From an uncultured Gammaproteobacteria bacterium (GTDB lineage Bacteria; Patescibacteriota; Patescibacteriia; SG8-24): DNA of 64,000 bases. Each line of letters opens with the position of its first letter. The stretch's first letter is position 1. Positions 10,297 through 19,771 of this stretch are shown one piece after another. Location: NCBI GenBank assembly GCA_964486995.1, contig CAZAOV010000007.1, forward strand, positions 699 through 64,698, given 5' to 3'. The notes under the pieces were generated by a model. The model searched no databases and was not told where the DNA came from. It saw only the letters and a program-made list of their open reading frames with translations. A program made the position numbers and the translations under genes.

Positions 10297-11405
10297 AATG
10301 GGGACGTATGGAAACTCCCTTCAAGCCAAAGGCGCGTGAAGTCATAGATCGGCTGTTCGGAATCGCCGTTGATCAAGGCGCCTCTGACCTTCATCTGGTG
10401 GTTAACAGGCCGCCGATTTTGCGTATAGGTGGACAGCTCACGCCAGTTAATGGCGCAGCCGTATTGAATGCAGAGAACGTTAAGCAGTTATGTTTTTCAA
10501 TTTTGACGGATGTTGAGCGCGAACGTTTTATTACCGAAAAAGAATTAGATGTCGCGCATCAAATTCCGTCCGGCAAGCGCTTCCGAATTAATTTGCATTG
10601 GGAAAGGGAGCATGTTGCAATGGCGGCTCGAACTATTCCGTCAGACATTCCGTCCATGAAAGATTTGGATCTGCCGCCGGTGGCGCACCAAATGGTTAAT
10701 TATCCGCATGGCTTGGTGCTGGTAACCGGACCGACCGGCGCCGGTAAGTCCACGACATTGGCGTCCATGATCGACAGCATCATAGATACTAAACCGGTTA
10801 ATGTGATTACCCTAGAAGATCCGATAGAGTTTTTGTTCGAATCTAAGACCGCAGTGGTTCGTCAGCGTCAGTTTGGTCAGGATTTTATAAGTTTTGAGGA
10901 AGGCCTGAAGCATATTTTACGCCAGGATCCGGATGTGGTGATGGTTGGTGAAATGCGTGACATGTCAACGATTTCCACCACGCTTACTATTGCCGAAACC
11001 GGTCACCTGGTATTCGCCACGTTGCACACCTACAGTGCGGCACAGACTATCGATCGTATTATCGACGCCTTTCCGGCGCATCAGCAGAATCAGATCAGAA
11101 CCCAGTTAGCGTTAACATTACGGGCGATTATCTCACAGCAGATGTTGCCTCAGACGGGCGGTGGTCGCGTAGCCTCGCGCGAGATTCTGGTGAATAACTA
11201 TGCCATTGCAAATCTGATACGTGACGGTAAGGTACAGCAGATTAATAACGTACTGCAGACATCCGTCGCCGATGGCATGACCACTCTCAGGCAGGATCTG
11301 AAACGTTTGGTTGAAATGAATCTGATTTCCGAGAAGACTGCTAGTGAGCATATTATCGGTGAAGCGAAATTGAATGAGGATGAAGAAGACGGTAAGAAAA
11401 AGTAG
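10290..11405 (+). CDS. pilT: Type IV pilus retraction ATPase PilT
   Basis: N-terminal ASDLHL...PPILRIGGQL, Walker A GPTGAGKSTT, Asp/His boxes; ~370 aa is the typical PilT size. Confidence 0.9.
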   Translation: MVEWGRMETPFKPKAREVIDRLFGIAVDQGASDLHLVVNRPPILRIGGQLTPVNGAAVLNAENVKQLCFSILTDVERERFITEKELDVAHQIPSGKRFRINLHWEREHVAMAARTIPSDIPSMKDLDLPPVAHQMVNYPHGLVLVTGPTGAGKSTTLASMIDSIIDTKPVNVITLEDPIEFLFESKTAVVRQRQFGQDFISFEEGLKHILRQDPDVVMVGEMRDMSTISTTLTIAETGHLVFATLHTYSAAQTIDRIIDAFPAHQQNQIRTQLALTLRAIISQQMLPQTGGGRVASREILVNNYAIANLIRDGKVQQINNVLQTSVADGMTTLRQDLKRLVEMNLISEKTASEHIIGEAKLNEDEEDGKKK

Positions 11406-11614
11406 ATATTTAGGTAATTGACAAATAGCCTTAAATGGGCTATTTTTGGTTAGGTGTTAGCGCTTCCGATATGGGGCAAGCTGCACCGCGTCGCAAGAAA
11501 TCATTTGCTCACCGTACTTATCGGTACGGCTCGCTGCATGATTCCTTGCGCCACGGCACATCTTACCCCATCTCGAAACCGCTTCACGTACTCGGCAAGA
11601 GGTTTACATATTAA

Positions 11615-11688
11615 GCGGGCGTAGTTCAACGGATAGAACGGCGGTTACGGAACCGTTAACGGGGGTTCGATTCCGTCTCGGGCGCTTC
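11615..11688 (+). pseudogene. Degenerate tRNA-Arg copy (6-nt anticodon loop, unpaired 3' acceptor strand)
   Basis: Identical to the tRNA-Arg at 11837 except loop TACGGA (6 nt) and 3' end CCGTCTCGGGCG, which cannot pair with the 5' GCGGGCG. Confidence 0.5.
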
Positions 11689-11836
11689 CGATATGGGGCA
11701 AGCTGCACCGCGTCGCAAGAAATCATTTGCTCACCGTACTTATCGGTACGGCTCGCTGCATGATTCCTTGCGCCACGGCACATCTTACCCCATCTCGAAA
11801 CCGCTTCACGTACTCGGCAAGAGGTTTACATATTAA

Positions 11837-11911
11837 GCGGGCGTAGTTCAACGGATAGAACGGCGGTCTTCGGAACCGTTAATGGGGGTTCGATTCCCTC
11901 CGCCCGCACCA
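11837..11911 (+). tRNA. tRNA-Arg (anticodon TCG) with encoded CCA
   Basis: Manual cloverleaf: acceptor GCGGGCG/CGCCCGC, D-arm GTTC-AACGGATA-GAAC, anticodon stem GCGGT/ACCGT with loop CTTCGGA, T-arm GGGGG-TTCGATT-CCCTC, discriminator A, CCA; followed by terminator AAAAAACCAACCATTCGGTTGGTTTTTT. Confidence 0.85.
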
Positions 11912-12216
11912 TGAAAAAACCAACCATTCGGTTGGTTTTTTCATGCGCTGCCAGCATGCTTGAGCAAGAAGGAGGCTCTTTTATGAAGGTACGACCATAA
12001 ATCACTTCTACGAAAAGCTGTTTTTGCTCCGCGACCTGATGAATACGCAGACAGCGAAGGATGTTGCCAAGCAACGCCATGAATACACGGATTATTTCGT
12101 CAGCCAGTTTATGATTGAATCGTATGGCATGGAATAGGGCCAACCGCGACCGTACAGGTCGTATTTTTTATCCCAAACCTCTTTACAAGATTCAAAATAT
12201 ATGCTATAAATTGTTC

Positions 12217-12291
12217 GGGTCGGTAGCTCAACGGTAGAGCAAATGGCTCTTAACCATTAGGTTCAGGGTTCGAGTCCCTGTCGACCCACCA
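12217..12291 (+). tRNA. tRNA-Lys (anticodon CTT) with encoded CCA
   Basis: Acceptor GGGTCGG/TCGACCC, D-arm GCTC-AACGGTA-GAGC, anticodon stem AATGG/CCATT with loop CTCTTAA, T-arm CAGGG-TTCGAGT-CCCTG, CCA; followed by terminator GCCCCAGCCGAATAGGCTGGGGC-TTT. Confidence 0.85.
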
Positions 12292-12428
12292 GATATGGTG
12301 GCCCCAGCCGAATAGGCTGGGGCTTTCCGCTATTTAAGGGTCAACAGGGATGAGAAGGGCGGCGAGAGAATGCGTGCTGGTGAGCATTTGGTGCGTAGCT
12401 GCCCCAGTACCCGAGTCGGAGCGAGGGG

Positions 12429-12446
12429 GAGTCCCTGTCGACCCAC
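12429..12446 (+). repeat. 18 bp direct repeat of the tRNA-Lys 3' end (GAGTCCCTGTCGACCCAC), att-like, followed by a terminator hairpin
   Basis: Exact copy of tRNA-Lys positions 12272..12289, located ~140 bp downstream and followed by CAGCCCTACAGGCTG-T6. Confidence 0.55.
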
Positions 12447-12882
12447 AATATGCGAAAAACAGCCCTACAGGCTGTTTTTTCTTGTTTTCCAGAACGGGCG
12501 TCGCCTGTTTGATAGGCGAAATGCGCCACACTGGAGCGGTCTATCTCCCCACCGAACTCAACCAATATACCTTACTGTATGATCGAAATGCGCTGGCTGC
12601 TTGGCACATTTCATTCCGGCAGACGACCGCTTGACCTTGCAGATAGCAATTGTCAGGCGTGATTTGCATTATCAACGGAAAAAAAATGCCTTCGCGACGG
12701 AATTTATTGACGTCGAATATTTTATAAGCCTATAAATTAGGTCAATAATGACTTTATTTCGCAAGCGAAATCGCTAATATGATATAGAAAAGCGTTTCAA
12801 GAATGTTTTCACACTTAATTTAAGCTAAAAATCATGGTATAATATATATGTAATACATATCCCGATTAACAGGAGGGGGGAT

Positions 12883-15384
12883 ATGAGAATTTTCATCCAA
12901 TTTAGCTTCTTATTTGCCGAAATATTGCTCGCGGTCGTTGAGCTTGTCGTAGGTGCGTTGATTTTGCGCGAATTTTTGCGCAGGAGAAATCAACCGCACC
13001 TTTTTTATATGGCTATCAGTCTCATATTAATGGGGCTGGGGAATGTTAGCGGATTTACGGGCGACTTCTTATATTCATACGGCGCGGAGAATTATGCTCT
13101 TATTTTTACCGCAATCTTTTCTAATATAATTTTGTTGGGTTCGTTCTTTTTTGCGTGTGGCATCGTAAATCTCTATGCCACCAGAAAGAAGTTGTGGTAT
13201 GCGCTGACGGCAATACTCGCCGTGGCGTTTTTACTGTTTGGCAGAGTGGGGGTAGGGGAGGCTTTTGGCCAGATTATTCCGGCAGAATCCGTGAGTCAGT
13301 TCATGTCCGCCTATGGCTACTGGATTTTGGTGCATTTTGTTGCTTCGATGGTGATTTTTAAGGCATATGCAAAGAGTCGCCATAATAAACAACCGTGCGG
13401 GGAAGCTGATCGCATGTTGTTCATAGGAAGCGGCATGTCTATGTTTTCTGCAATTATCGCGATAGGTTTTCTATCTGTGCAGGCAACTCAATTTACTGCC
13501 CTGGTGTATTTAGTTTTAATAATCGGTTCGGCGTACAAATATCTCGGTGCAGTAGCAATTAAACATCCAGATAAGCAGATTCAGACAAAGCCTGGTCAAG
13601 CAGTAAGCGGATTCATGACGGCGAAGGTGCTAATAGCCTGCGGTCTATTCTTTGTTATTTTTTCCTTTGCCTTGGTGGCTACCGTAACGCAGTACTTCGT
13701 TCGAGGGTCAATTGATAAGCAACACAAATTTATTAAGCACACACTACAGCATGCGGCCGCCGAACAAATAAGGCAACAGCAGACTCTGCGCACAGTATCT
13801 GAGATGCTCGCATCTCACCATGGGAGCCTACAAGCGCTAAACGGAGATGGGTCTGCTTTGATCGAGCTAATCAGTTTTGTTCGTGAGGATAAAAATGTCG
13901 ATATTGATTTGGTAGACGAGAATGGGAGTGTAATCGCAAGCTCATACAGCAGAGATATTGGCGAGAATTTTTACGCTCGTGATATCGCAGTGGTTGCGAG
14001 TGCCCTTGAAGGAAAAACTAGCGTCAGCATCGATATGTTGCGGGGGCCAAATATGTGGTCAAATATCTCCGCCAGCCCCATTTTTGATGATTCAAGTCAG
14101 GTTAGGGGGGCGCTGGTCATATCTCAGCAACTAATCGCAAGAAATTTTACTCAATGCTTAAGTGAATTCGGGGCGGAAATTAGTGGGTGCGGGTTAATCT
14201 CGTCGCGGGACGAGCAGATTTATTCGTCAGGCCAATCGGTGGATGCATTAGCCATTAATCGATTCAGAAAATTAATTCAGATTGGCGGCAGTTTTGGAGA
14301 AGCTGACGACGATGAGCTTGGAAAATACTTTGTTAGTTCTTACGGCGATGATTTGGGGGAGGACGAGTTCTATTATGCGTTTACAGCAGATGAAGATCGA
14401 GATGCGGTCTTGTTGCGGATTATGTCAACTGTTGTATTGATTACGTTTCTATTTTTTGCGGCGTTTTCGTTCTTGCTGATTTTCGGCACAAGCCTGTTCC
14501 TCAAGCCGATAATGATATTGCGGCAGGCGGCTGTGCGGCTGTCTCGGGGAGAATTCGACCAAGTTCTAGAAAGATCTTCTGCGGATGAGATTGGTCAGTT
14601 GACGCAGGCCTTTAACGACATGACTGCGACCATACGGAAGCAAACTCGAAGCCTAAACGAAAAAATTCGCGAGCAACGGGATGCCTTGTCCCATACGGCG
14701 CATGAGATTCGAATACCGCTGAACATATTTCGTTGGTCATTAGAGATGCTTCGCTTCGGTGAGGTTGGGCCACTCAACAATGAGCAGATGGAGTTGGTGG
14801 AACAGATGAGCCAGACCAATAATCGAATCAGGAAGCTAGTCAACGAGCTGCTGGAAGTTTCGCGTCTCGAGCAGGGTGGGGTGAGTTTAGAATTGGCCGA
14901 TGTGCAGATAGAAAATCTAATCGATGAAACGGCGGGCAGTTTCTCGGTTCTTTTCCGCCAGAAAAAAATAGATTTTTATTGGCACCGACCGGATAATCAG
15001 CTTCCGCCGGTAAGGATTGACCGCGAGCGCATTATTCAGGTTTTGAATAATCTATTTAGTAACGCTGCCAAATTTACCAATGAAGAGGGGCATGTAGAAA
15101 TTTCCGTCAAGGAACAGCCCGTGTCTGGTCCAAGTGGTCAGAAAGGCAGGTTCATTCGGGTAACCGTCAAGGACAACGGTCAGGGAATTCCGAAGAACGA
15201 GCAAAAAAATATCTTCAGCAAATTTTATCGAGCCGCCAACGTCGTCAAAGCGGAGATACAGGGTACCGGGTTGGGTCTTTATCTATCAAAGAAATATGTT
15301 GAGATGCATGGCGGGGAAATATGGTTTGAGTCCAAAGAGAGTGAGGGGACGTCATTCCATATAACTCTTCCTGTGTCAGATTAA
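12883..15384 (+). CDS. Sensor histidine kinase: N-terminal ~7TM domain, extracytoplasmic sensor region, HAMP, HisKA, HATPase
   Basis: SD AGGAGGGGGG. Multiple TM helices in the first 270 aa, HAMP (LRQAAVRLSRGEFDQ), H-box HTAHEIRIPLN, G-boxes DNGQGIP / GTGLGLYLSKKYVEMHGGEIW. Confidence 0.9.
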   Translation: MRIFIQFSFLFAEILLAVVELVVGALILREFLRRRNQPHLFYMAISLILMGLGNVSGFTGDFLYSYGAENYALIFTAIFSNIILLGSFFFACGIVNLYATRKKLWYALTAILAVAFLLFGRVGVGEAFGQIIPAESVSQFMSAYGYWILVHFVASMVIFKAYAKSRHNKQPCGEADRMLFIGSGMSMFSAIIAIGFLSVQATQFTALVYLVLIIGSAYKYLGAVAIKHPDKQIQTKPGQAVSGFMTAKVLIACGLFFVIFSFALVATVTQYFVRGSIDKQHKFIKHTLQHAAAEQIRQQQTLRTVSEMLASHHGSLQALNGDGSALIELISFVREDKNVDIDLVDENGSVIASSYSRDIGENFYARDIAVVASALEGKTSVSIDMLRGPNMWSNISASPIFDDSSQVRGALVISQQLIARNFTQCLSEFGAEISGCGLISSRDEQIYSSGQSVDALAINRFRKLIQIGGSFGEADDDELGKYFVSSYGDDLGEDEFYYAFTADEDRDAVLLRIMSTVVLITFLFFAAFSFLLIFGTSLFLKPIMILRQAAVRLSRGEFDQVLERSSADEIGQLTQAFNDMTATIRKQTRSLNEKIREQRDALSHTAHEIRIPLNIFRWSLEMLRFGEVGPLNNEQMELVEQMSQTNNRIRKLVNELLEVSRLEQGGVSLELADVQIENLIDETAGSFSVLFRQKKIDFYWHRPDNQLPPVRIDRERIIQVLNNLFSNAAKFTNEEGHVEISVKEQPVSGPSGQKGRFIRVTVKDNGQGIPKNEQKNIFSKFYRAANVVKAEIQGTGLGLYLSKKYVEMHGGEIWFESKESEGTSFHITLPVSD

Positions 15385-15408
15385 TCGAATCAGATTTCAC
15401 GACTATCT

Positions 15409-15798
15409 ATGGCAGAAAGAACATCTAAACTTAAAAAAGTTTTAATCATAGAGGACGAGCCCGCTCTTCGAGATATTTATGCTACTAAATTGGAGGGTGA
15501 CGGATTTGAGGTTATTCAGGCCAGTGACGGGTCTCAGGGCTTGAACGCGGCGATTCAATATTTACCGGATATCATTTTGTTGGATGTAATTATGCCAGTA
15601 AAGGACGGCTTTGAGACATTGCAAGATTTAAAGCTTAACCCAACGACAAAAGACATTCCGGTCGTTATTTTATCCAATCTCGGTCAAAGCTATGAGGTTA
15701 AGCGCGGTATGGATTTGGGTGCGGAAGATTTTCTGACCAAAGCGAATTTGATTCCGGCGAAGATCGCCGAGAAAGTTAAAGCCATCCTTGAAAAATAA
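15409..15798 (+). CDS. Single-domain (receiver-only) response regulator, CheY/PilH-like
   Basis: KVLIIEDEP...DIILLDVIMPVKDGFE...KA; 129 aa with no output domain. Confidence 0.85.
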   Translation: MAERTSKLKKVLIIEDEPALRDIYATKLEGDGFEVIQASDGSQGLNAAIQYLPDIILLDVIMPVKDGFETLQDLKLNPTTKDIPVVILSNLGQSYEVKRGMDLGAEDFLTKANLIPAKIAEKVKAILEK

Positions 15799-15810
15799 AA
15801 TTTTTTTGAT

Positions 15811-16206
15811 ATGCCAGAAGGCGACGGAAAAATTGAGGTAATGATTGTCGAGGACGATATGTTCCTACGAAAGATTTTGGCGAATAAATTCGGTAGGGAG
15901 GGCTTTGAGGTGCGTACCGCAGCTAACGGTGAGGAAGCCATAAATATGTTACGCAAACAAATTCCGTCTTTGCTGGTGTTGGACTTGATAATGCCAAAGA
16001 TGAGCGGTTTTGATGTTTTGGCAGAGGTGCGGGCAGATTCGAAGATGGCAGATCTTCCGGTCGTTGTGCTTTCCAACCTCAGCCAGGAAGAGGACATAGC
16101 TCGAGTCAAGGAAATGGGGGCGCTGAGCTTCCTGTCCAAGGCCGATAATTCCATCAATTATATCGTGTCTCAAATAAAGGAAGAGTACGCCAAGATAGCT
16201 AAATAG
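15811..16206 (+). CDS. Single-domain (receiver-only) response regulator, CheY/PilG-like
   Basis: VMIVEDDMFLR...LLVLDLIMPKMSGFDVL...K; 131 aa with no output domain. Confidence 0.85.
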   Translation: MPEGDGKIEVMIVEDDMFLRKILANKFGREGFEVRTAANGEEAINMLRKQIPSLLVLDLIMPKMSGFDVLAEVRADSKMADLPVVVLSNLSQEEDIARVKEMGALSFLSKADNSINYIVSQIKEEYAKIAK

Positions 16207-17919
16207 ATGAATATCTCTGACGAACAACTAAAGAGTTTATTGCTAAGCTCGGGGGTCATCGAAGAGTCAGATTTTAAGGTTGCCGAAGAGGTGGTCAAGA
16301 AAACCGGTCTCCCGATTGAACAGGTGCTGATATCCAAGCGCCTGATTCCTGATGCGTATTTGGGTGAGTTGGTTGCCGAAAAGTTGGGGTTAAAATTTGT
16401 CGATTTGAAATCAATCGAAATACCGAACCACGTGTTACGCCTGATTCCTGAGCGAACCGCAAAAAGGAAGCGAGCCATTGCCTTCGGCGCCAGTCTTTCG
16501 AGTGGTTTGAAGTTGGCCATGGCTGATCCGAGCGATTTGGAATTCATTAGGAACATGGAGAAAAAAACCGGCTTGCGCGCTCAGGCTTATTTTGCTACTA
16601 AGGCCGGAATTAACCACGGGCTGGAGTCGTACACTAAGGATTTGGAAAGCGCGATTCGTAGCCTTGAGGAAAAATATGCCGCATTGACGACCGGTCGGCG
16701 GAAGGGCGGCGGCGCCGAAGAAGAAAGTAAGATTGTCAGCGTCGTTGATTTGATTATGGATTATGCGTATCAGAACGACGCCTCCGACGTTCACATCGAG
16801 CCACGCGAAGATTCAGTGATGGTTCGTTATCGTGTTGACGGCATTTTGCATGACGTAGCCATACTACCGCGGGAGTACCTGTCTGCCGTCGTCACTCGTA
16901 TCAAAATTCTGTCTCGGTTGCGTACGGACGAACACTTTGCCGCGCAGGACGGAAAATTTCAGGAGCGGGTAAACGGCAATCGTATCGATGTCCGTGTATC
17001 TATTATTCCAATTGTCGAGGGAGAAAAGGTGGTTATGCGCCTGCTGTCGGAAAGGGGAAAGACCTATGAGCTAGAAAGTCTGGGACTGACGGAGGGCGAG
17101 ATAAAGGTGATCCGCAAACACTCGCGTAAATCTTTCGGCATGATTTTGTCGACTGGTCCGACTGGCTCCGGTAAGACCACATCCCTGTACGCAATTTTAA
17201 ATGAGCTGAATACTCGTCACGTAAATATTGCCACCATCGAGGATCCAATTGAGTACGCCATGGAAGGAGCAAATCAAATCCAGGTCAATCCGAAGGCTGG
17301 TCTGACTTTCGCCTCCGGCCTGCGTTCTATCGTGCGTCAGGATCCGGATATCGTGATGGTAGGAGAGATTCGTGATCCAGAGACTGCAAGCATCGCGGTG
17401 AATGCCGCCATGACTGGGCACTTGGTGCTTTCAACTCTGCACACCAACGATGCGGCGACTGCCTTGCCGCGCTTTCGAGAAATGGAAATTGAACCGTTTT
17501 TGATCGCCTCAACGATTAACGTAATCGTTGCCCAGCGGTTGGTGCGACGTCTTTGTCCGAGATGCGTAATGAGCGAGGTGGTTCCAACGAGTGAATTGAG
17601 GAATCTTATTTCTGAAGACGTCATCAAGAAGTTTTTTGCGGGTAGCGACGGCAAGATTAGAAAAAGTGCCAACCTGTATCGCGGCAAAGGATGCGACAGC
17701 TGTAACCATTCCGGCTATAGCGGACGAATCGGCATATTTGAAATTCTGGAAATGTCCGAACCGATACGGCAACTGGTGATGGGGAACGCAAATTCGCAGA
17801 CCATACAGAATCAAGCGAAAGCCGATGGAATGGTTACCATGCTCGAGAACGGCATTCAAAAGGCGCTAGAAGGTGTGACCACTATCGACGAGGTGTTGCG
17901 TGTTACCGGCGAAACCTAA
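16207..17919 (+). CDS. pilB: Type IV pilus assembly ATPase PilB (GspE family) with an N-terminal GSPII domain
   Basis: Walker A STGPTGSGKTTSLY, Asp/His boxes, tetracysteine CPRC...CDSC zinc motif; 570 aa. Confidence 0.92.
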   Translation: MNISDEQLKSLLLSSGVIEESDFKVAEEVVKKTGLPIEQVLISKRLIPDAYLGELVAEKLGLKFVDLKSIEIPNHVLRLIPERTAKRKRAIAFGASLSSGLKLAMADPSDLEFIRNMEKKTGLRAQAYFATKAGINHGLESYTKDLESAIRSLEEKYAALTTGRRKGGGAEEESKIVSVVDLIMDYAYQNDASDVHIEPREDSVMVRYRVDGILHDVAILPREYLSAVVTRIKILSRLRTDEHFAAQDGKFQERVNGNRIDVRVSIIPIVEGEKVVMRLLSERGKTYELESLGLTEGEIKVIRKHSRKSFGMILSTGPTGSGKTTSLYAILNELNTRHVNIATIEDPIEYAMEGANQIQVNPKAGLTFASGLRSIVRQDPDIVMVGEIRDPETASIAVNAAMTGHLVLSTLHTNDAATALPRFREMEIEPFLIASTINVIVAQRLVRRLCPRCVMSEVVPTSELRNLISEDVIKKFFAGSDGKIRKSANLYRGKGCDSCNHSGYSGRIGIFEILEMSEPIRQLVMGNANSQTIQNQAKADGMVTMLENGIQKALEGVTTIDEVLRVTGET

Positions 17920-17945
17920 AGGCTAGAGACATAAATTCAGGAGGA

Positions 17946-19169
17946 ATGTCATTTAAATACACTGCCGCAAACAGAGAGGGCGAGGTTCTTCATGGGGAAT
18001 CTGATTTAGGTTCGCGCGATGCGGTTTTGGGACAAATCGAATCTCAGGGTTTGATTGCTATTTCGGTCGATGAAATTGCTGACAGGAAAGAAAAGAAAAA
18101 ATTGAGTGAAATTGGTTTTGGTCGCATCAGAAACGTTGACATACTGCTGTTCACCAAGCATCTGTCGGTGATGCTCAAGGCGGGCTTAACGCTATCCGGT
18201 GCGCTAAGGGCTCTGGTCGATCAGACCAAATCACCGAAGTTCAAAAAAGTTTTGGATAACGTTCGAGCGAGGGTTGAACGGGGTGAAGGTTTTTCTAATG
18301 CGTTAGAGAAGCACCATAAAGTATTTTCCCCGTTCTATGTGCATGTGGTTCGAGCCGGTGAGATATCCGGAACCCTGGAGGAAAATTTAGAGCATCTGGC
18401 CGGTCAGTACGTCAAGGATTACAACCTGCGCAAGCGTGTCCAATCTGCCATGCTGTACCCGGGAATTGTTTTTGGGGCAGCACTACTGATCGGTTTTTTC
18501 TTCGCCTCGTATGTCTTGCCGCAGGTGAATAGCATTTTCTCCGGATTGGGTGATATCGATTTGCCGTGGGTGACCGAATTGCTAATGGCCGTCTCTAATT
18601 TCATGAGTGATAATACGTTGATTTCATTCTTAATAATGGTTGGCGCGGTCGCATTCTTCTGGTGGCTATTGCACCAGAAGTTTATCCGTCCGACTACGCA
18701 CTGGCTGACTCTGCACTTGCCGATTGTCGGCGGAATTGCGAAGGAAGTGAATTTGGCGCGGTTTTCGTTGATTTTAGGGACCTTGCTTAAAAGCGGCAAC
18801 GATATCGTTCGTGCCCTCGAGATTACACGAGAAGTATTGGACAACATGTACTACAAGCGAGTTATTGCCGAAGCGCATCTAGAAATGCAGCGCGGAATAA
18901 ATCTTCGTGAAAGCCTTAAAAAAAACGAGGATCTGTTCCCGTCGGTGGTGACGCATATGATTGACGTTGGTGAGCAGTCTGGGGAGCTGGAGGAGGTGCT
19001 GAAGTATCTCGCCGAATTCTACGAACTGGAAATCGAATCAACGATGAAAAATTTATCATCCGTTTTGGAGCCGGTACTATTGCTTTTTATTGGTTTAGTG
19101 GCCATGGGGCTAGCCTATGCGATTCTCATTCCGATTTATAACTACATTTCGGCGATTAGTAGTATCTAA
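17946..19169 (+). CDS. pilC: Type IV pilus inner-membrane platform protein PilC (GspF family)
   Basis: SD AGGAGG. Two GspF repeats and 3 TM segments; 407 aa. Confidence 0.9.
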   Translation: MSFKYTAANREGEVLHGESDLGSRDAVLGQIESQGLIAISVDEIADRKEKKKLSEIGFGRIRNVDILLFTKHLSVMLKAGLTLSGALRALVDQTKSPKFKKVLDNVRARVERGEGFSNALEKHHKVFSPFYVHVVRAGEISGTLEENLEHLAGQYVKDYNLRKRVQSAMLYPGIVFGAALLIGFFFASYVLPQVNSIFSGLGDIDLPWVTELLMAVSNFMSDNTLISFLIMVGAVAFFWWLLHQKFIRPTTHWLTLHLPIVGGIAKEVNLARFSLILGTLLKSGNDIVRALEITREVLDNMYYKRVIAEAHLEMQRGINLRESLKKNEDLFPSVVTHMIDVGEQSGELEEVLKYLAEFYELEIESTMKNLSSVLEPVLLLFIGLVAMGLAYAILIPIYNYISAISSI

Positions 19170-19253
19170 AGTCGTGGGAGCATAGGAGAGTAGGAATGTC
19201 CTTAGGTTTAGATACATCAGTTTGCAGACCCGCAACAATAGGTAGCCGCACCT

Positions 19254-19769
19254 TTGGACGCTCATACGCTTCAACGCTCACATGTTTTTATGTTCAATCA
19301 GGTTTCAAAAAACGGCAAGCAATATTTTGGCTTCACGGTCATCGAGGTCATAATAGCTGTTGCTCTATTGTTGAGCGCAGCGGCTTTGTCGGTTCCGTTT
19401 ATGTCCAGCACCCTATCGAGGAATGAACTGGATGTGGCATTACAGCGGGCTGTTGACATGCTAAACGAGGCCCGTTCATCCGCCTTCAATGGACTCGGCG
19501 GCGGTGAATTTGGGGTGCGTTTTGAGTCTGGGGCAGTGGTCTTTTTTTCCGGCGACACTTATTCAGCGGTTGATCCAGATAACGTTGATTTTATCTTGCC
19601 TGGATTTGTGAGCATTACCGACATAAGCATCAGCGGCGGCGGATCCGAGATTGTTTTCGAGAGCGTTTCCGGCGCGCCGACACAAACCGGCTCCGTCGAA
19701 TTCACTGATTCTTCCGGCGAGACAAAAACCGTGTCGGTAAACACTCACGGCACGGTGAATTTGGAATAA
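19254..19769 (+). CDS. Prepilin-type (class III signal peptide) pseudopilin/minor pilin
   Basis: Leader ...KNGKQYFG followed by FTVIEVIIAVALLL (G-1, E+5, hydrophobic helix). The real start is probably the internal ATG (MFNQ..., ~19296). Confidence 0.7.
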   Translation: MDAHTLQRSHVFMFNQVSKNGKQYFGFTVIEVIIAVALLLSAAALSVPFMSSTLSRNELDVALQRAVDMLNEARSSAFNGLGGGEFGVRFESGAVVFFSGDTYSAVDPDNVDFILPGFVSITDISISGGGSEIVFESVSGAPTQTGSVEFTDSSGETKTVSVNTHGTVNLE

Positions 19770-19771
19770 CC

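Larger units (their letters stand above)
11458..11912 (+). repeat. Tandem direct duplication (2 x ~225 bp). Each unit is a ~155 bp structured element followed by a tRNA-Arg-like sequence.
   Basis: Unit 1 (11458..11682) and unit 2 (11683..11911) are near-identical, differing only in the tRNA anticodon loop and 3' acceptor. Confidence 0.85.

Noticed and set aside
11826-12143. 105-aa minus-strand ORF containing GIEPP
   Set aside because: The ORF spans the tRNA-Arg gene. The GIEPP/EGIEPPLTV peptide is the familiar translation artefact of a tRNA T-arm.
12334-12634. Several 65-94 aa ORFs on both strands downstream of tRNA-Lys
   Set aside because: They overlap each other and the tRNA-fragment and terminator hairpins, and they have no RBS; the region is non-coding att-like DNA
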